A program made the position numbers and the translations under genes. From Gemmatimonadaceae bacterium (GTDB lineage: Bacteria; Gemmatimonadota; Gemmatimonadetes; Gemmatimonadales; Gemmatimonadaceae): a stretch of 64,000 nucleotides of DNA. Each line of letters opens with the position of its first letter. The stretch's first letter is position 1. Positions 47,040 through 55,815 of this stretch are shown in pieces. Below the pieces are notes generated by a model. That model did not search any database. It was given only the letters and a program-made list of their open reading frames with translations, and was not told the DNA's origin. The stretch is from positions 1-64,000 of the forward strand of contig JBGAJQ010000022.1 of NCBI GenBank assembly GCA_044224875.1, given 5' to 3'.

Positions 47040-48892
47040 ACGGCCGGACACGTGACTCATCGCCATGCCAGACCTTCGGTCTTTCGCTGAAGCGCCTGGG
47101 CCATGTGGCCGCCATCGCCGGCCTGCTCGGATGCCAAAGCAACCCAACGCCCGTTACCACGTCGCCACGTACGGTCGCGTCGGAGGCGAGTGGACGTTGG
47201 GCGGATTCCGTCCTGAGGTCGCTATCGCTGAAGGATCGCGCGGCGCAGCTGGTATGGCCATGGATACTCGGCGATTACGTTCCCGAAGGCAGCCCCGAGT
47301 GGATCCGCCTCACGCGCTTTGTACGCGAGCAGCATGTGGGTGGCTTCATCATGTCGGTTGGCTCTCCGCTCGACATCGCGTCCAAGGCCAACGCGTTGCA
47401 GCTGGAGAGTTCGGTGCCACTGCTCTTCAGCGCCGACATGGAGACAGGGGTCGGATTCCGAGCGAGGGGCGGCTTCTTTCTTCCGAACGCGATCGATCTT
47501 GGCGGTGCCACCACGTTCCCGCTACAGATGGCGCTGGGTGCGACTCGCGACTCGACGCTAGCCTATGAGTTCGGACTCGCGACCGCGCGTGAGGCGCGCG
47601 CCCTGGGGATTCACATCGCGTTCAATCCCGTGCTGGATGTGAACAACAATCCGGCCAATCCGGTGATAGGCGCGCGGGCATTTTCGGAAGACGCTCAACT
47701 TACCGCACTGCTTGGTGCTGCCAACATTCGTGGGCTGCAGGATGGCGGAGTACTCGCAACCGGCAAGCATTTTCCCGGACACGGCGACACGGAAACGAAT
47801 TCCCATCTGGCACTGAGTGTGGTCAACGCGAGCCGCGCGCGCCTCGATTCGTTGGAGCTGGTGCCGTTCCGGGCGGCAATCCGTGCAGGCGTCGGTGCCA
47901 TCATGACGTTCCACGGCTTCCTGCCCGCGTTGGACTCCAGTGGCGTGCCCGCCACCCTGTCGCCGCGGGTGATGACCGACCTGCTCCGCAAGGAACTTGG
48001 CTTTGAAGGCTTGCTGGTGACCGATGCCATGGACATGAAAGGCGTCGTTGACAAGTACGGTGCGGCGGAAGCTGCAAAGCGTGCAGTTGCCGCTGGGAAC
48101 AATGTGCTCCTCATGCCATCCGACGTGCCGGCGACCATTGATGCGATCGTGGCCGGGGTGACAGAGGGCCGATACACGGAGGCGGCGCTCAATGGCTCGG
48201 TACGGCGTGTGTTGCTGCTGAAAGAGCACTTTGGACTGAATCATAGCCGCCTGGCTCCGCTCGATCGTGTTCGAGCGGTAGTTGGCGACTCGTCGAACCA
48301 ACGTCTTGCCCAGCAAGTGGCCGATCGGTCGATCGTCCTGGCGCGAGATGCCGCGGGACAAGTTCCGCTCCTCGGCAACGATGGGCAATCGCCGAGGATC
48401 GCGGTGGTGACCTATTCTCGGCGTGCCGATCTCGGTGCCGGCACGAGCTTCCTTGCTGAGCTGCGGCGAACCATTCCGCGTGTCTCGCAATCGTGGGTGA
48501 ACGCCGACGAGGAACGACCGAGGTTTGATGATGCGGAGGGAGCAATGGCCGGAACGGACGTTGTCGTCATCTGCAACTATCTCAACATCAACTCGGAGTC
48601 TGCAGTCGCTTCCGCACCAACGGCCTTTGCCTCGTTTGTGAATGGACTCGTGACGCGAGGGCTCCGGGTCGTCTTGATCTCATTCGGCACTCCCTATCTA
48701 CTTCAACAAGTGCCGTCGGTCCCCACGTACCTGGTCGCTTGGGGTGGAGGACCTGCGTCCCAGCGAGCGGCGGCCCGCGCGTTGGTCGGTCGACAGGCGA
48801 TCGGTGGCAAACTACCGATCTCGATACCGCCCGTGTTGCCATATGGCGCTGGTGTGGTACGGCAGACGCCCGCAACGACCCGCCCCGATTGA
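47033..48892 (+). CDS. GH3 beta-N-acetylglucosaminidase (NagZ-type with C-terminal domain), lipoprotein
   Basis: ADMETG, PVLDVNNNP.NPVI..R, KHFPGHGDTETNSH, TDAMDM, GKLPISIP; lipobox LLGC; start uncertain. Confidence 0.9.
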   Translation: MVDGRTRDSSPCQTFGLSLKRLGHVAAIAGLLGCQSNPTPVTTSPRTVASEASGRWADSVLRSLSLKDRAAQLVWPWILGDYVPEGSPEWIRLTRFVREQHVGGFIMSVGSPLDIASKANALQLESSVPLLFSADMETGVGFRARGGFFLPNAIDLGGATTFPLQMALGATRDSTLAYEFGLATAREARALGIHIAFNPVLDVNNNPANPVIGARAFSEDAQLTALLGAANIRGLQDGGVLATGKHFPGHGDTETNSHLALSVVNASRARLDSLELVPFRAAIRAGVGAIMTFHGFLPALDSSGVPATLSPRVMTDLLRKELGFEGLLVTDAMDMKGVVDKYGAAEAAKRAVAAGNNVLLMPSDVPATIDAIVAGVTEGRYTEAALNGSVRRVLLLKEHFGLNHSRLAPLDRVRAVVGDSSNQRLAQQVADRSIVLARDAAGQVPLLGNDGQSPRIAVVTYSRRADLGAGTSFLAELRRTIPRVSQSWVNADEERPRFDDAEGAMAGTDVVVICNYLNINSESAVASAPTAFASFVNGLVTRGLRVVLISFGTPYLLQQVPSVPTYLVAWGGGPASQRAAARALVGRQAIGGKLPISIPPVLPYGAGVVRQTPATTRPD

Positions 48893-48962
48893 CGGCGTCG
48901 GAGGCTGATCGTAAGTCTGTAACTGCTGCTTCAGGTGTCTGCTGCGAGACGGTCGCCGGGGC

Positions 48963-48991
48963 TTGACATTAGTTTCAGTGCGGTACTAATT
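48963..48991 (+). promoter_or_regulatory. Promoter overlapped by ATTAGT-N11-ACTAAT site, copy 3
   Basis: TTGACA 48963-48968 overlaps ATTAGT TTCAGTGCGGT ACTAAT (48968-48990), which ends 8 nt before the ATG at 48999. Confidence 0.75.
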
Positions 48992-48998
48992 CGCGGAC

Positions 48999-49700
48999 AT
49001 GCCCTCCCGGTCCACGCCCGTACGAGTCAAGTCGCCAATGCGGGGCGCGGGGTACACGGTTGATGTGGTCATTGTACGACCACACGGTCGGCAACTCGCT
49101 GTGCTGATGAAGCACGTGTCGCCGAGCGGTGCGCGTTCGCGCTGGGAACTACCCTGGGATTCACCCAGCGCTGGCGAGACTCTCGACGAGTCTGCTCGAC
49201 GCATCGTGCGCCAGGTTGCGCGGACACATGTGTCTTGGACAGACCAGGTCGGTGCCTTCGCCGACGGACGCAAGCACCCGTCGGCCGGCGCTCTGTCAGT
49301 AGCATTTGTGGCCATTGCGGCAGATGGCGCGCTCGCCGTGCCGGAAGCATTTCATTCCTGGATTCCTGTAAGCCAAACGCCGTCCCTTCAGGCTCGGCAG
49401 CGCGCGATACTCGAAGGCGGACTGTCGACGATCCGCCAGCGCATGGATCATGCACCCGTCGCGTTTCGGTTGTTGTCCGAGCGTTTCACGCTGGGCGAGC
49501 TTCAGCAAGCCTACGAGCTCCTGTTGGGACGCCGATTGCACAAGGCCAGCTTTCGGCGCGCATTGCAGGCTTCTTATCTCGTGGAGCCTACGGATGAATG
49601 GCGGAGTGAGGGACGCGGACGTCCCGCTCAACTGTTCCGGTATGCGCCACGTCGACGGAAGAGTGGCCGTCGGCCGGTGCGGTTCGACCTCCTCGTCTAG
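48999..49700 (+). CDS. NrtR-family transcriptional regulator (degenerate Nudix + winged HTH)
   Basis: TVDVVI, W.LP....GETL...A.R, LSVAF, F.LL...FTL.ELQ..YE.LLG..L.K.SFRR, GRPA.LFR. Confidence 0.88.
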   Translation: MPSRSTPVRVKSPMRGAGYTVDVVIVRPHGRQLAVLMKHVSPSGARSRWELPWDSPSAGETLDESARRIVRQVARTHVSWTDQVGAFADGRKHPSAGALSVAFVAIAADGALAVPEAFHSWIPVSQTPSLQARQRAILEGGLSTIRQRMDHAPVAFRLLSERFTLGELQQAYELLLGRRLHKASFRRALQASYLVEPTDEWRSEGRGRPAQLFRYAPRRRKSGRRPVRFDLLV

Positions 49701-49765
49701 TGTGGTGTAGGAACCCACGGCTTGTGAAGGGTTCGTTACCGCACGCCGACTTGACCGTCGGACGT

Positions 49766-49788
49766 ATTAGTTGCAAAGTGTAAATAAC
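49766..49788. promoter_or_regulatory. Degenerate ATTAGT-N11-ACTAAT site, copy 4
   Basis: ATTAGT TGCAAAGTGTA AATAAC (10/12 match), just upstream of the RBS of the 49807 ORF. Confidence 0.55.
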
Positions 49789-49806
49789 ACACAAAGAGAG
49801 GTTCGT

Positions 49807-50115
49807 GTGTTGGCCTTTCTCGAATCCTTGTGCGGTGCACTGAGCGCCCGCGATCCAGAGACCATTCGGCGATTGCTTGCGCATCCGCTGGCACAGGCGC
49901 TTCCGCGGGCGGTGCGTGACGAAGCGCGTGGCATAGCATCCGGGAGCCTGCGCGGCTATGTGGCCCCCCTTCAGGCCATGCACCTGTATCACCAGACCGC
50001 GCACTTGCTGGGCGCGTGCAGCGACGCCGCCACCCGACGCATAGGGGTTGCACGGCAAGACCATTCGGGAAATTCTCAGATTGAACTCCCACTTGAGCGC
50101 GCAACGGCCCACTGA
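49807..50115 (+). CDS. Hypothetical protein
   Basis: GAGAGG RBS then GTG 49807; helical protein followed by a terminator. Confidence 0.7.
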   Translation: MLAFLESLCGALSARDPETIRRLLAHPLAQALPRAVRDEARGIASGSLRGYVAPLQAMHLYHQTAHLLGACSDAATRRIGVARQDHSGNSQIELPLERATAH

Positions 50116-50141
50116 GACGTTCGCGGCGGGAACCGCCAACG

Positions 50142-50174
50142 AAAAAGGCACCGCAGCTCGCGGTGCCTTTCTTT
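50142..50174. terminator. Bidirectional terminator
   Basis: AAAAAGGCACCGC-AGCTC-GCGGTGCCTTTCTTT between convergent genes. Confidence 0.85.
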
Positions 50175-50194
50175 GCTTTCCGGGTCTTGGTGAG

Positions 50195-50485
50195 CTAGAA
50201 CCTCGCGCGCCCTCCCATGTGGCGACGCAGTAATTCTCGAGCAATGGCCACGTTGTCGGTGGCGATTTCCAGCAGCTGGCGCACGACGCTCTGTGCTGAG
50301 CTGCCTTCGGCGCTGGCAATAATGGGCGGCTCGTGACCTTCCCGGCGATCCGGGTCTGACCGTCGCTCAACCGCAACGTGGCCGCGATGCATGGCCTGAG
50401 CAGGGGCATCTTCCTCGACTTGGACGAAGCCGCCACCAGGCAACGCTCGCTCGTAGACAACACGAACCGGCTTGATCTCTGACAC
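50195..50485 (-). CDS. Hypothetical protein
   Basis: GAGG then GTG 50485; YERALPGGGFV, VERRSDP.RR.GH.PP, IATDNVAIAR. Confidence 0.7.
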   Translation of the reverse strand: MSEIKPVRVVYERALPGGGFVQVEEDAPAQAMHRGHVAVERRSDPDRREGHEPPIIASAEGSSAQSVVRQLLEIATDNVAIARELLRRHMGGRARF

Positions 50486-50665
50486 CGAACCTCTGCGACA
50501 TAGGAGAAGTGGGCTCGCACGCCCCACTACGTTCGGGACGACCAGAATTCTCCCCGGTTACTACAGCTCAGCATGGTTACAGGCCAAGGCTGCTGTGTAC
50601 TACGCAGTCACGAGCGCGAAATAACCATTGAAACAGAGCTTCATAGGATAGCGTGAAACCGAGCC

Positions 50666-50698
50666 AAAAAAAGAGCGCCCCGGTGGTTCCGGGGCGCT
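50666..50698 (-). terminator. Intrinsic terminator of the cold-shock gene
   Basis: AGCGCCCCGG/CCGGGGCGCT hairpin with an A7 run on + (U tail on minus). Confidence 0.85.
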
Positions 50699-50726
50699 TC
50701 AGTTCGGGTCAATTGTCGTGCGGGGT

Positions 50727-50933
50727 TCAGACCTTGATGACGTCCGAAGCCTGCGGGCCCTTCTGGCCCTGGACGATCTCGAACTCCACGCGATCACCCT
50801 CCGCAAGGGTTTTGAATCCAGGGGTCTGGATTGCACTGAAGTGGACGAACACGTCTGGGCCTCCCTCGCGGGAAATAAAGCCAAAGCCCTTAGCGTCATT
50901 GAACCACTTCACAGTTCCGGAGATGCGTGCCAT
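50727..50933 (-). CDS. Cold-shock protein (CspA family)
   Basis: [48 protein letters not shown]. Confidence 0.97.
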   Translation of the reverse strand: MARISGTVKWFNDAKGFGFISREGGPDVFVHFSAIQTPGFKTLAEGDRVEFEIVQGQKGPQASDVIKV

Positions 50934-51107
50934 GCCGATGTTCCTCTTTCCCCCTGCTGGGGCTAGCGGTGTTGCGACCCGGTGGAACTCACCGCACTTC
51001 GGAGAGGACCGGGAGGTGAAAAACGCGTCAAGCGGAACCCAGAGCGGGTCTCTCAGACGCGGTAATGAGGTAAATAAGTGCGTTAAGCTTGTTAGTAAAT
51101 ACCTGTT

Positions 51108-51317
51108 TTACGCTGCGCCAGCGATATATCGAGCGACCCGGCCGCAAGACGTGCACTTGAGCGTCACGTGAGAGTGGGGCTGTGGTGGCACCCGCGCTGG
51201 GAAGCGCTCGATGTTGCCCGAACAGGACGGACAGCTCAGAGGCTCACCACTCCGGTCGCTCGCGATAAGGTGGAGCGCTTGAGCAGGATTGTACGTCGCT
51301 GGACGTGGTTTGCGCAT
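51108..51317 (-). CDS. Small zinc-ribbon protein
   Basis: CPSC...CTSC; AAGGAGG RBS upstream. Confidence 0.75.
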   Translation of the reverse strand: MRKPRPATYNPAQALHLIASDRSGEPLSCPSCSGNIERFPARVPPQPHSHVTLKCTSCGRVARYIAGAA

Positions 51318-51609
51318 TCAGCCTCCTTAGCTGCAGTGTTTCTGTACGCCAATGGTTGTAGCGCACCTCAGGGAAAGGTAACCGTCTAAAGAACTGGCTC
51401 CAAGTTCCGACGGTCCATGAAGCGCGTCGAACGCTTCAAGAGGAGCGTGGATCGGGACAAACGGTCTTCCAATTGTCCGGAGGTTCCAATCGGTGCCGGG
51501 CAATCCGCCACTGTTTGGGAAAGTGTACGAGAACGCGGCAATTGCTCCCGATGTTGATATCGGCAACAGGGAACCGTAGTTCCTCGAGAGGTAGGCGGAT
51601 CGATGGAGA

Positions 51610-51837
51610 TCAGGACTCGTAGACGAGTTCGCCTTCTGAGTCGAGGGCGAGTTCCTGCTCGAGGCCACAGACGCCGCAGGTGCGCGTGACGAGCCAAAAC
51701 GCTCCTAGTTCCTTGCGTTGTGACGCAGGAGCCTGCCGTGCCACCAACTTCTTGAAAGAATACTCCTGGCACTGCGGGCAGTGCCGGGACCGCGCGATGC
51801 GTTCCGCGCGCTCCAGAGAGATAGGGCGGCGCGCCAA
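51610..51837 (-). CDS. Small zinc-ribbon protein
   Basis: CPQC...CGVC; starts 9 nt after the SPFH stop. Confidence 0.7.
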   Translation of the reverse strand: MARRPISLERAERIARSRHCPQCQEYSFKKLVARQAPASQRKELGAFWLVTRTCGVCGLEQELALDSEGELVYES

Positions 51838-51846
51838 ACTTAGCCT

Positions 51847-52875
51847 TTACCGATCGCCAGAGGTGGGCGGGGGCGCGATCCGGGGCGCGCCCGAGGCTTG
51901 GGCATCGGGGCCAGCCTTGTTGAGCAGTTCTCGGATTCCGCCGAGCGCACCCATGACGCCAGCGGCCTCAGTCGGAAGGAAAATCGTGGTGCCCTTCCCT
52001 TGCGTGAGTGCCGGGAGTGCCTCGATGTACTTAAGTCCCAGTAAGTACGTTGCCACTTGCCCCGTTGGCAGCGACGCCGCGATTCGCTGGATCGCCTCGG
52101 CCTCTGCCTGCGCCATGGACAGTCGAGCTTGGGCCAAGCCCTCCGCTCGCAGGATCGCCGCTTCCTTTTCGCCTTCGGCCTTCCGTACCTGCGATTCGCG
52201 AAGTCCCTCCGCCTCCAGAATGGCTGCACGTTTGCCGGCCTCTGCCTGCGTCACGGTGGCCCGCCGTTCGCGTTCGGCTCGCATCTGCAGCTCCATCGAC
52301 TGCTGAATGTCGCGCGGCGGTTCGATCGCCTGCAGCTCAACTCGCGTGACGTCGCACCCCCAATTGATCGACACCTCTTCGATCACTTCTCGCATGCGTC
52401 GATTGATTTCATCGCGCGAAGCGAGGGTGTGGTCCAGCTCCATCTCGCCCACGATGTTGCGAAGCGTGGTGCGCGTGAGGGTCTCGAGGGCGTACGGGAG
52501 ATTTTGGACCGCGTATGTGGCCTTCTGCGGATCGACGATGCGATAGTAGAGCACGGCATCGATGTCGATCGTCACGTTGTCCTTGGTGATTACGGGCTGG
52601 CTTGGGAAGTTCAGCACCTGTTCGCGGAGGTCGATCCGCGGAGTGGACGACGCCATGATGCGCATCGCGCCGCCCGGAGCGGCCTCGGAGTAGCGGACCT
52701 CCAGGTGTCTGGGTCGTTCGACGATTGGGATCAGGAGGTTCAGCCCCGAGCGAGCCACTCGATGAAATCGGCCGAGTCGTTCTACCACCATGACTTCGGC
52801 CTGACCAATGACCTTCACTGATCGACTGAGGAACGCCACGATCAGTATCGCGACGACGGCGGGAACCACGAGCAT
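51847..52875 (-). CDS. SPFH/band-7 (QmcA/stomatin-like) protein
   Basis: VVERLGRF, IDLREQV, Q.VITKDNV, TTLRN.VG, QMRAERERRA, AEG repeats; GGGAG RBS before ATG 52875. Confidence 0.93.
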   Translation of the reverse strand: MLVVPAVVAILIVAFLSRSVKVIGQAEVMVVERLGRFHRVARSGLNLLIPIVERPRHLEVRYSEAAPGGAMRIMASSTPRIDLREQVLNFPSQPVITKDNVTIDIDAVLYYRIVDPQKATYAVQNLPYALETLTRTTLRNIVGEMELDHTLASRDEINRRMREVIEEVSINWGCDVTRVELQAIEPPRDIQQSMELQMRAERERRATVTQAEAGKRAAILEAEGLRESQVRKAEGEKEAAILRAEGLAQARLSMAQAEAEAIQRIAASLPTGQVATYLLGLKYIEALPALTQGKGTTIFLPTEAAGVMGALGGIRELLNKAGPDAQASGAPRIAPPPTSGDR

Positions 52876-52922
52876 GGACTTTCTCCCGAGCGATGCGATG
52901 AAGGGTGGTTCCGGCGCGCCTT

Positions 52923-53984
52923 CTACGGCTTCCAGTCCGCGATGAAGAGGTTCGTTTCCGTCGGTTTCACGTCGTGGCGATTCGAAGCCCACACGAGGTG
53001 TTTTCCATCCGGCGAGAACATGGGGAATCCATCGAAGACAGGTGATCGTGTGATTTGTTCAACCTGCGCTGGCCCGGCGCGATCGGCGAACGAGTCCACC
53101 AGATAAAGGTCGAAGTTGCCGCCCCGCGGATTCTGGAAGTTCGACGAGAAGATGATGCGTTTGCCATCCGGCGACCACGAGGGGCCGAAGTTGGCCCCGC
53201 CGAGATTGGTGACCTGATGCTGGTTGGAGCCGTCGGCGTTCATCACGAACAACTCCACGCGGCTCGGGCGCACCAGGTTCTGGCCCAGCAGTCGCCGATA
53301 GTCCGCAAGTTGTGCGGAATCCGCGGGGTGGTGTGCGCGGTAGACGATGCGAGTGCCATCTGGCGACCACCACGGGCCACCGTCGTAGCCCGGCGTGTGG
53401 GTCAGCTGTCGAACGTCCGTTCCATCCACGTTCATGGTGTAGATGTCGAGGTCGCCGTCCTTCAGGGATGTAAACACGATCTTCTTGCCGTCGGGTGAAA
53501 GCACGCCTTCGGCTGTATATGCATTGTAGTTCGTTAGGCGGCGGAGATCCGTGCCATCCCGATTGACCGTGTAAATATCGTATCGATCGAGCGGCCAGAC
53601 GTAACCGGCGGAGGGATCGGGTCGCGGCGGACACAACGAATCATGGGCGTGGGATGAGCCGAAGAAGAGCCGCTTGCCGTCCGGAAGAAACCATCCACAC
53701 GTGGTCTTGCCCCGGCCATTGGAGACGCGCTGAAGGCCCGTTCCGTCGATGCGCATCACGTACTGTTGGTCGCACGCTCGACCATCGCGCGTTGACTGGA
53801 AGGTCAGCCACTGACCGTCGCGACTGAAATAGGCTTCGGCATTCTCGCCGCCGTCCGTGAGCTGGCGAATACGGGCAAAGTGGGTCTCGCCCGATTCAGG
53901 CGTGAGGGTAGGCAGTGGCGCAGTGCGCCGACACGAAAGCGCCGCCACGAGGAGCGTGGCGGCGATCAAATGGGGACGTCGCAT
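52923..53984 (-). CDS. TolB-like PD40 beta-propeller lipoprotein
   Basis: Lipobox ALSC, ENAEAYFS.DG, repeated SPDG..I.F.S. Confidence 0.88.
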   Translation of the reverse strand: MRRPHLIAATLLVAALSCRRTAPLPTLTPESGETHFARIRQLTDGGENAEAYFSRDGQWLTFQSTRDGRACDQQYVMRIDGTGLQRVSNGRGKTTCGWFLPDGKRLFFGSSHAHDSLCPPRPDPSAGYVWPLDRYDIYTVNRDGTDLRRLTNYNAYTAEGVLSPDGKKIVFTSLKDGDLDIYTMNVDGTDVRQLTHTPGYDGGPWWSPDGTRIVYRAHHPADSAQLADYRRLLGQNLVRPSRVELFVMNADGSNQHQVTNLGGANFGPSWSPDGKRIIFSSNFQNPRGGNFDLYLVDSFADRAGPAQVEQITRSPVFDGFPMFSPDGKHLVWASNRHDVKPTETNLFIADWKP

Positions 53985-53994
53985 GCCGTCGAAT

Positions 53995-55578
53995 CTAATG
54001 TCGACTGGCGGTGGCGACGAGGGCAAAAAGCTCTTTCTGGTTCTGGCCCTTCCGAAGGAGATCGAGCGCACGGCGCAGCTGGGCGTCCTCATCCAACTCC
54101 CGTCGCTTGGCTGTCGAGTCGCCAAACGCAAGCCGTGCGACGCGATTCTCGAGGAGTCGATCGACGTAGTGCGCAGCGCCGTCATACAGCTTGCGATCGA
54201 TTTCGATGCCCTTCTTTTTCAGCCGCTGATAGAGTTCCTCGCGCCAAGCGGGTGCGACCGTGAAGTCGGGACGAACCTGCTTGCTCAGCTCAAACGCATA
54301 GTCGTAAAGCGCGACATAAATGTCCGGTCCCTTCGCCGCAGTCGCCTTCCGGAAGTCCTGCTCAGCGGTGCTGAAAGTGTCGGCTTGAACTATGAGGTCG
54401 GGTGTAATTGCCCCGCCGCCATAGACGGTGCGCCCAGCGTCGGACTTGAAGGCCGGGCGCGCCTTTCTGGCCGAATCGGATTCCAGCGAATCCGGATGGA
54501 CCTCCACAAACTGGCCGTCGGCGTTGAGCTTGCGTTCCTTTTGGATAGACCGGCCGTTCGGCGTATACCACTTGCCAGTGGTCATCTTCAGGGCGTAGCC
54601 ACCGTCCAAGTTGAAGAGGGTTTGCACGAGCCCTTTCCCGAACGACGTAGAGCCCATGATGACAGCTCGATCGTGGTCCTGGAGGGCGCCGGCAACGATT
54701 TCTGATGCCGACGCGGTGTACTGATCCGTGAGGATGACCATCGGGATGGTTGGCGCGATGGGCTTTTCCTGTGCCGTGTAGGTCTGCGGATCGACATTCC
54801 GCCCGCGCACGGACGCAATCTCGGCTCCTTCGGGCAAGAACAGGTTGCTCATCTGGAGCGCTTGCTCGAGGAATCCCCCTGGGTTACTGCGGAGGTCGAG
54901 CACTAGCCCCTTTGCCCCCTCGGCTTGAAGTCGGCGGACCGCGCCGGCGACCTCCTGCGTCGATGTTTCGTTGAACCCGGTTACTGGGATGTATCCGATC
55001 TTGCCGTCGAATTGGATCGCGTAAGGAACGGCTGGAACTCGGATGATTGCCCGGACGAACGTGGCCTTGAATGGGTCGGGCACTCCTGGGCGCGAGAACG
55101 AAACGGTGACCTTCGTGCCTGGGGCGCCGGTGAGGGAGTCAGCGACCTTTCTAGAGGACCAACCTCGCGTAGACATGGTGTCGATCCCGACAATCAGGTC
55201 GCCCTCACGAATGCCGGCGCGCTCGGCCGGGGTGTTGTGAAACACCTGCACAATAGTGACGCCTTTCGCTGCCTGCTCCTCGATTCGCATGCCGATGCCG
55301 CCGTAGCGGCCGGCGGTGTTGGTATTGAACCCCTGAAGCTGCTTCGGCGACATCAACTCCGAGTACGGGTCTTGAAGCTGACCGACAAGTCCTCTGGCGG
55401 CCTTCTCGTAGAGATCGTTCGCATCCACCGAGTCGACGAAACGACTGGAGACAAGATCAAGCACCTGTCCGAAGAGCCTGCCGCCCTCTCGGGACGTGTG
55501 CTCTTGAAGCGCAAACGCTCCAACGGTCAGGGGGATGGCAATGACGCCGAACAGAGCCGCTATGCGAGTACGACGCAT
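53995..55578 (-). CDS. ctpA: S41 C-terminal processing peptidase with PDZ domain
   Basis: DPYS, GGIGM, LDLRSNPGG, TASASEIVAGALQD, FGKGLVQ, YTPNGRSIQ. Confidence 0.93.
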   Translation of the reverse strand: MRRTRIAALFGVIAIPLTVGAFALQEHTSREGGRLFGQVLDLVSSRFVDSVDANDLYEKAARGLVGQLQDPYSELMSPKQLQGFNTNTAGRYGGIGMRIEEQAAKGVTIVQVFHNTPAERAGIREGDLIVGIDTMSTRGWSSRKVADSLTGAPGTKVTVSFSRPGVPDPFKATFVRAIIRVPAVPYAIQFDGKIGYIPVTGFNETSTQEVAGAVRRLQAEGAKGLVLDLRSNPGGFLEQALQMSNLFLPEGAEIASVRGRNVDPQTYTAQEKPIAPTIPMVILTDQYTASASEIVAGALQDHDRAVIMGSTSFGKGLVQTLFNLDGGYALKMTTGKWYTPNGRSIQKERKLNADGQFVEVHPDSLESDSARKARPAFKSDAGRTVYGGGAITPDLIVQADTFSTAEQDFRKATAAKGPDIYVALYDYAFELSKQVRPDFTVAPAWREELYQRLKKKGIEIDRKLYDGAAHYVDRLLENRVARLAFGDSTAKRRELDEDAQLRRALDLLRKGQNQKELFALVATASRH

Positions 55579-55815
55579 GATTTTCTCGGGCGAGGGAAGG
55601 ACAAGGCTTGCTCTACCAGCAGTGGCCGTCGGTGTTCCTGTTGAACGATCCGAGCATCAAGACGGACGTGGAAGTAGCTACGCTCGTCACCGAACTACCG
55701 TTGTTCGGCACCGTCATAAAAATACGGACACTCGAAGACTGTGACACCCTTTGATTCGTGAGAAGGGGGAAAGACAGGATGAATCACTGTCGGCGGGTGA
55801 TGGCCGGCGCGTTGG

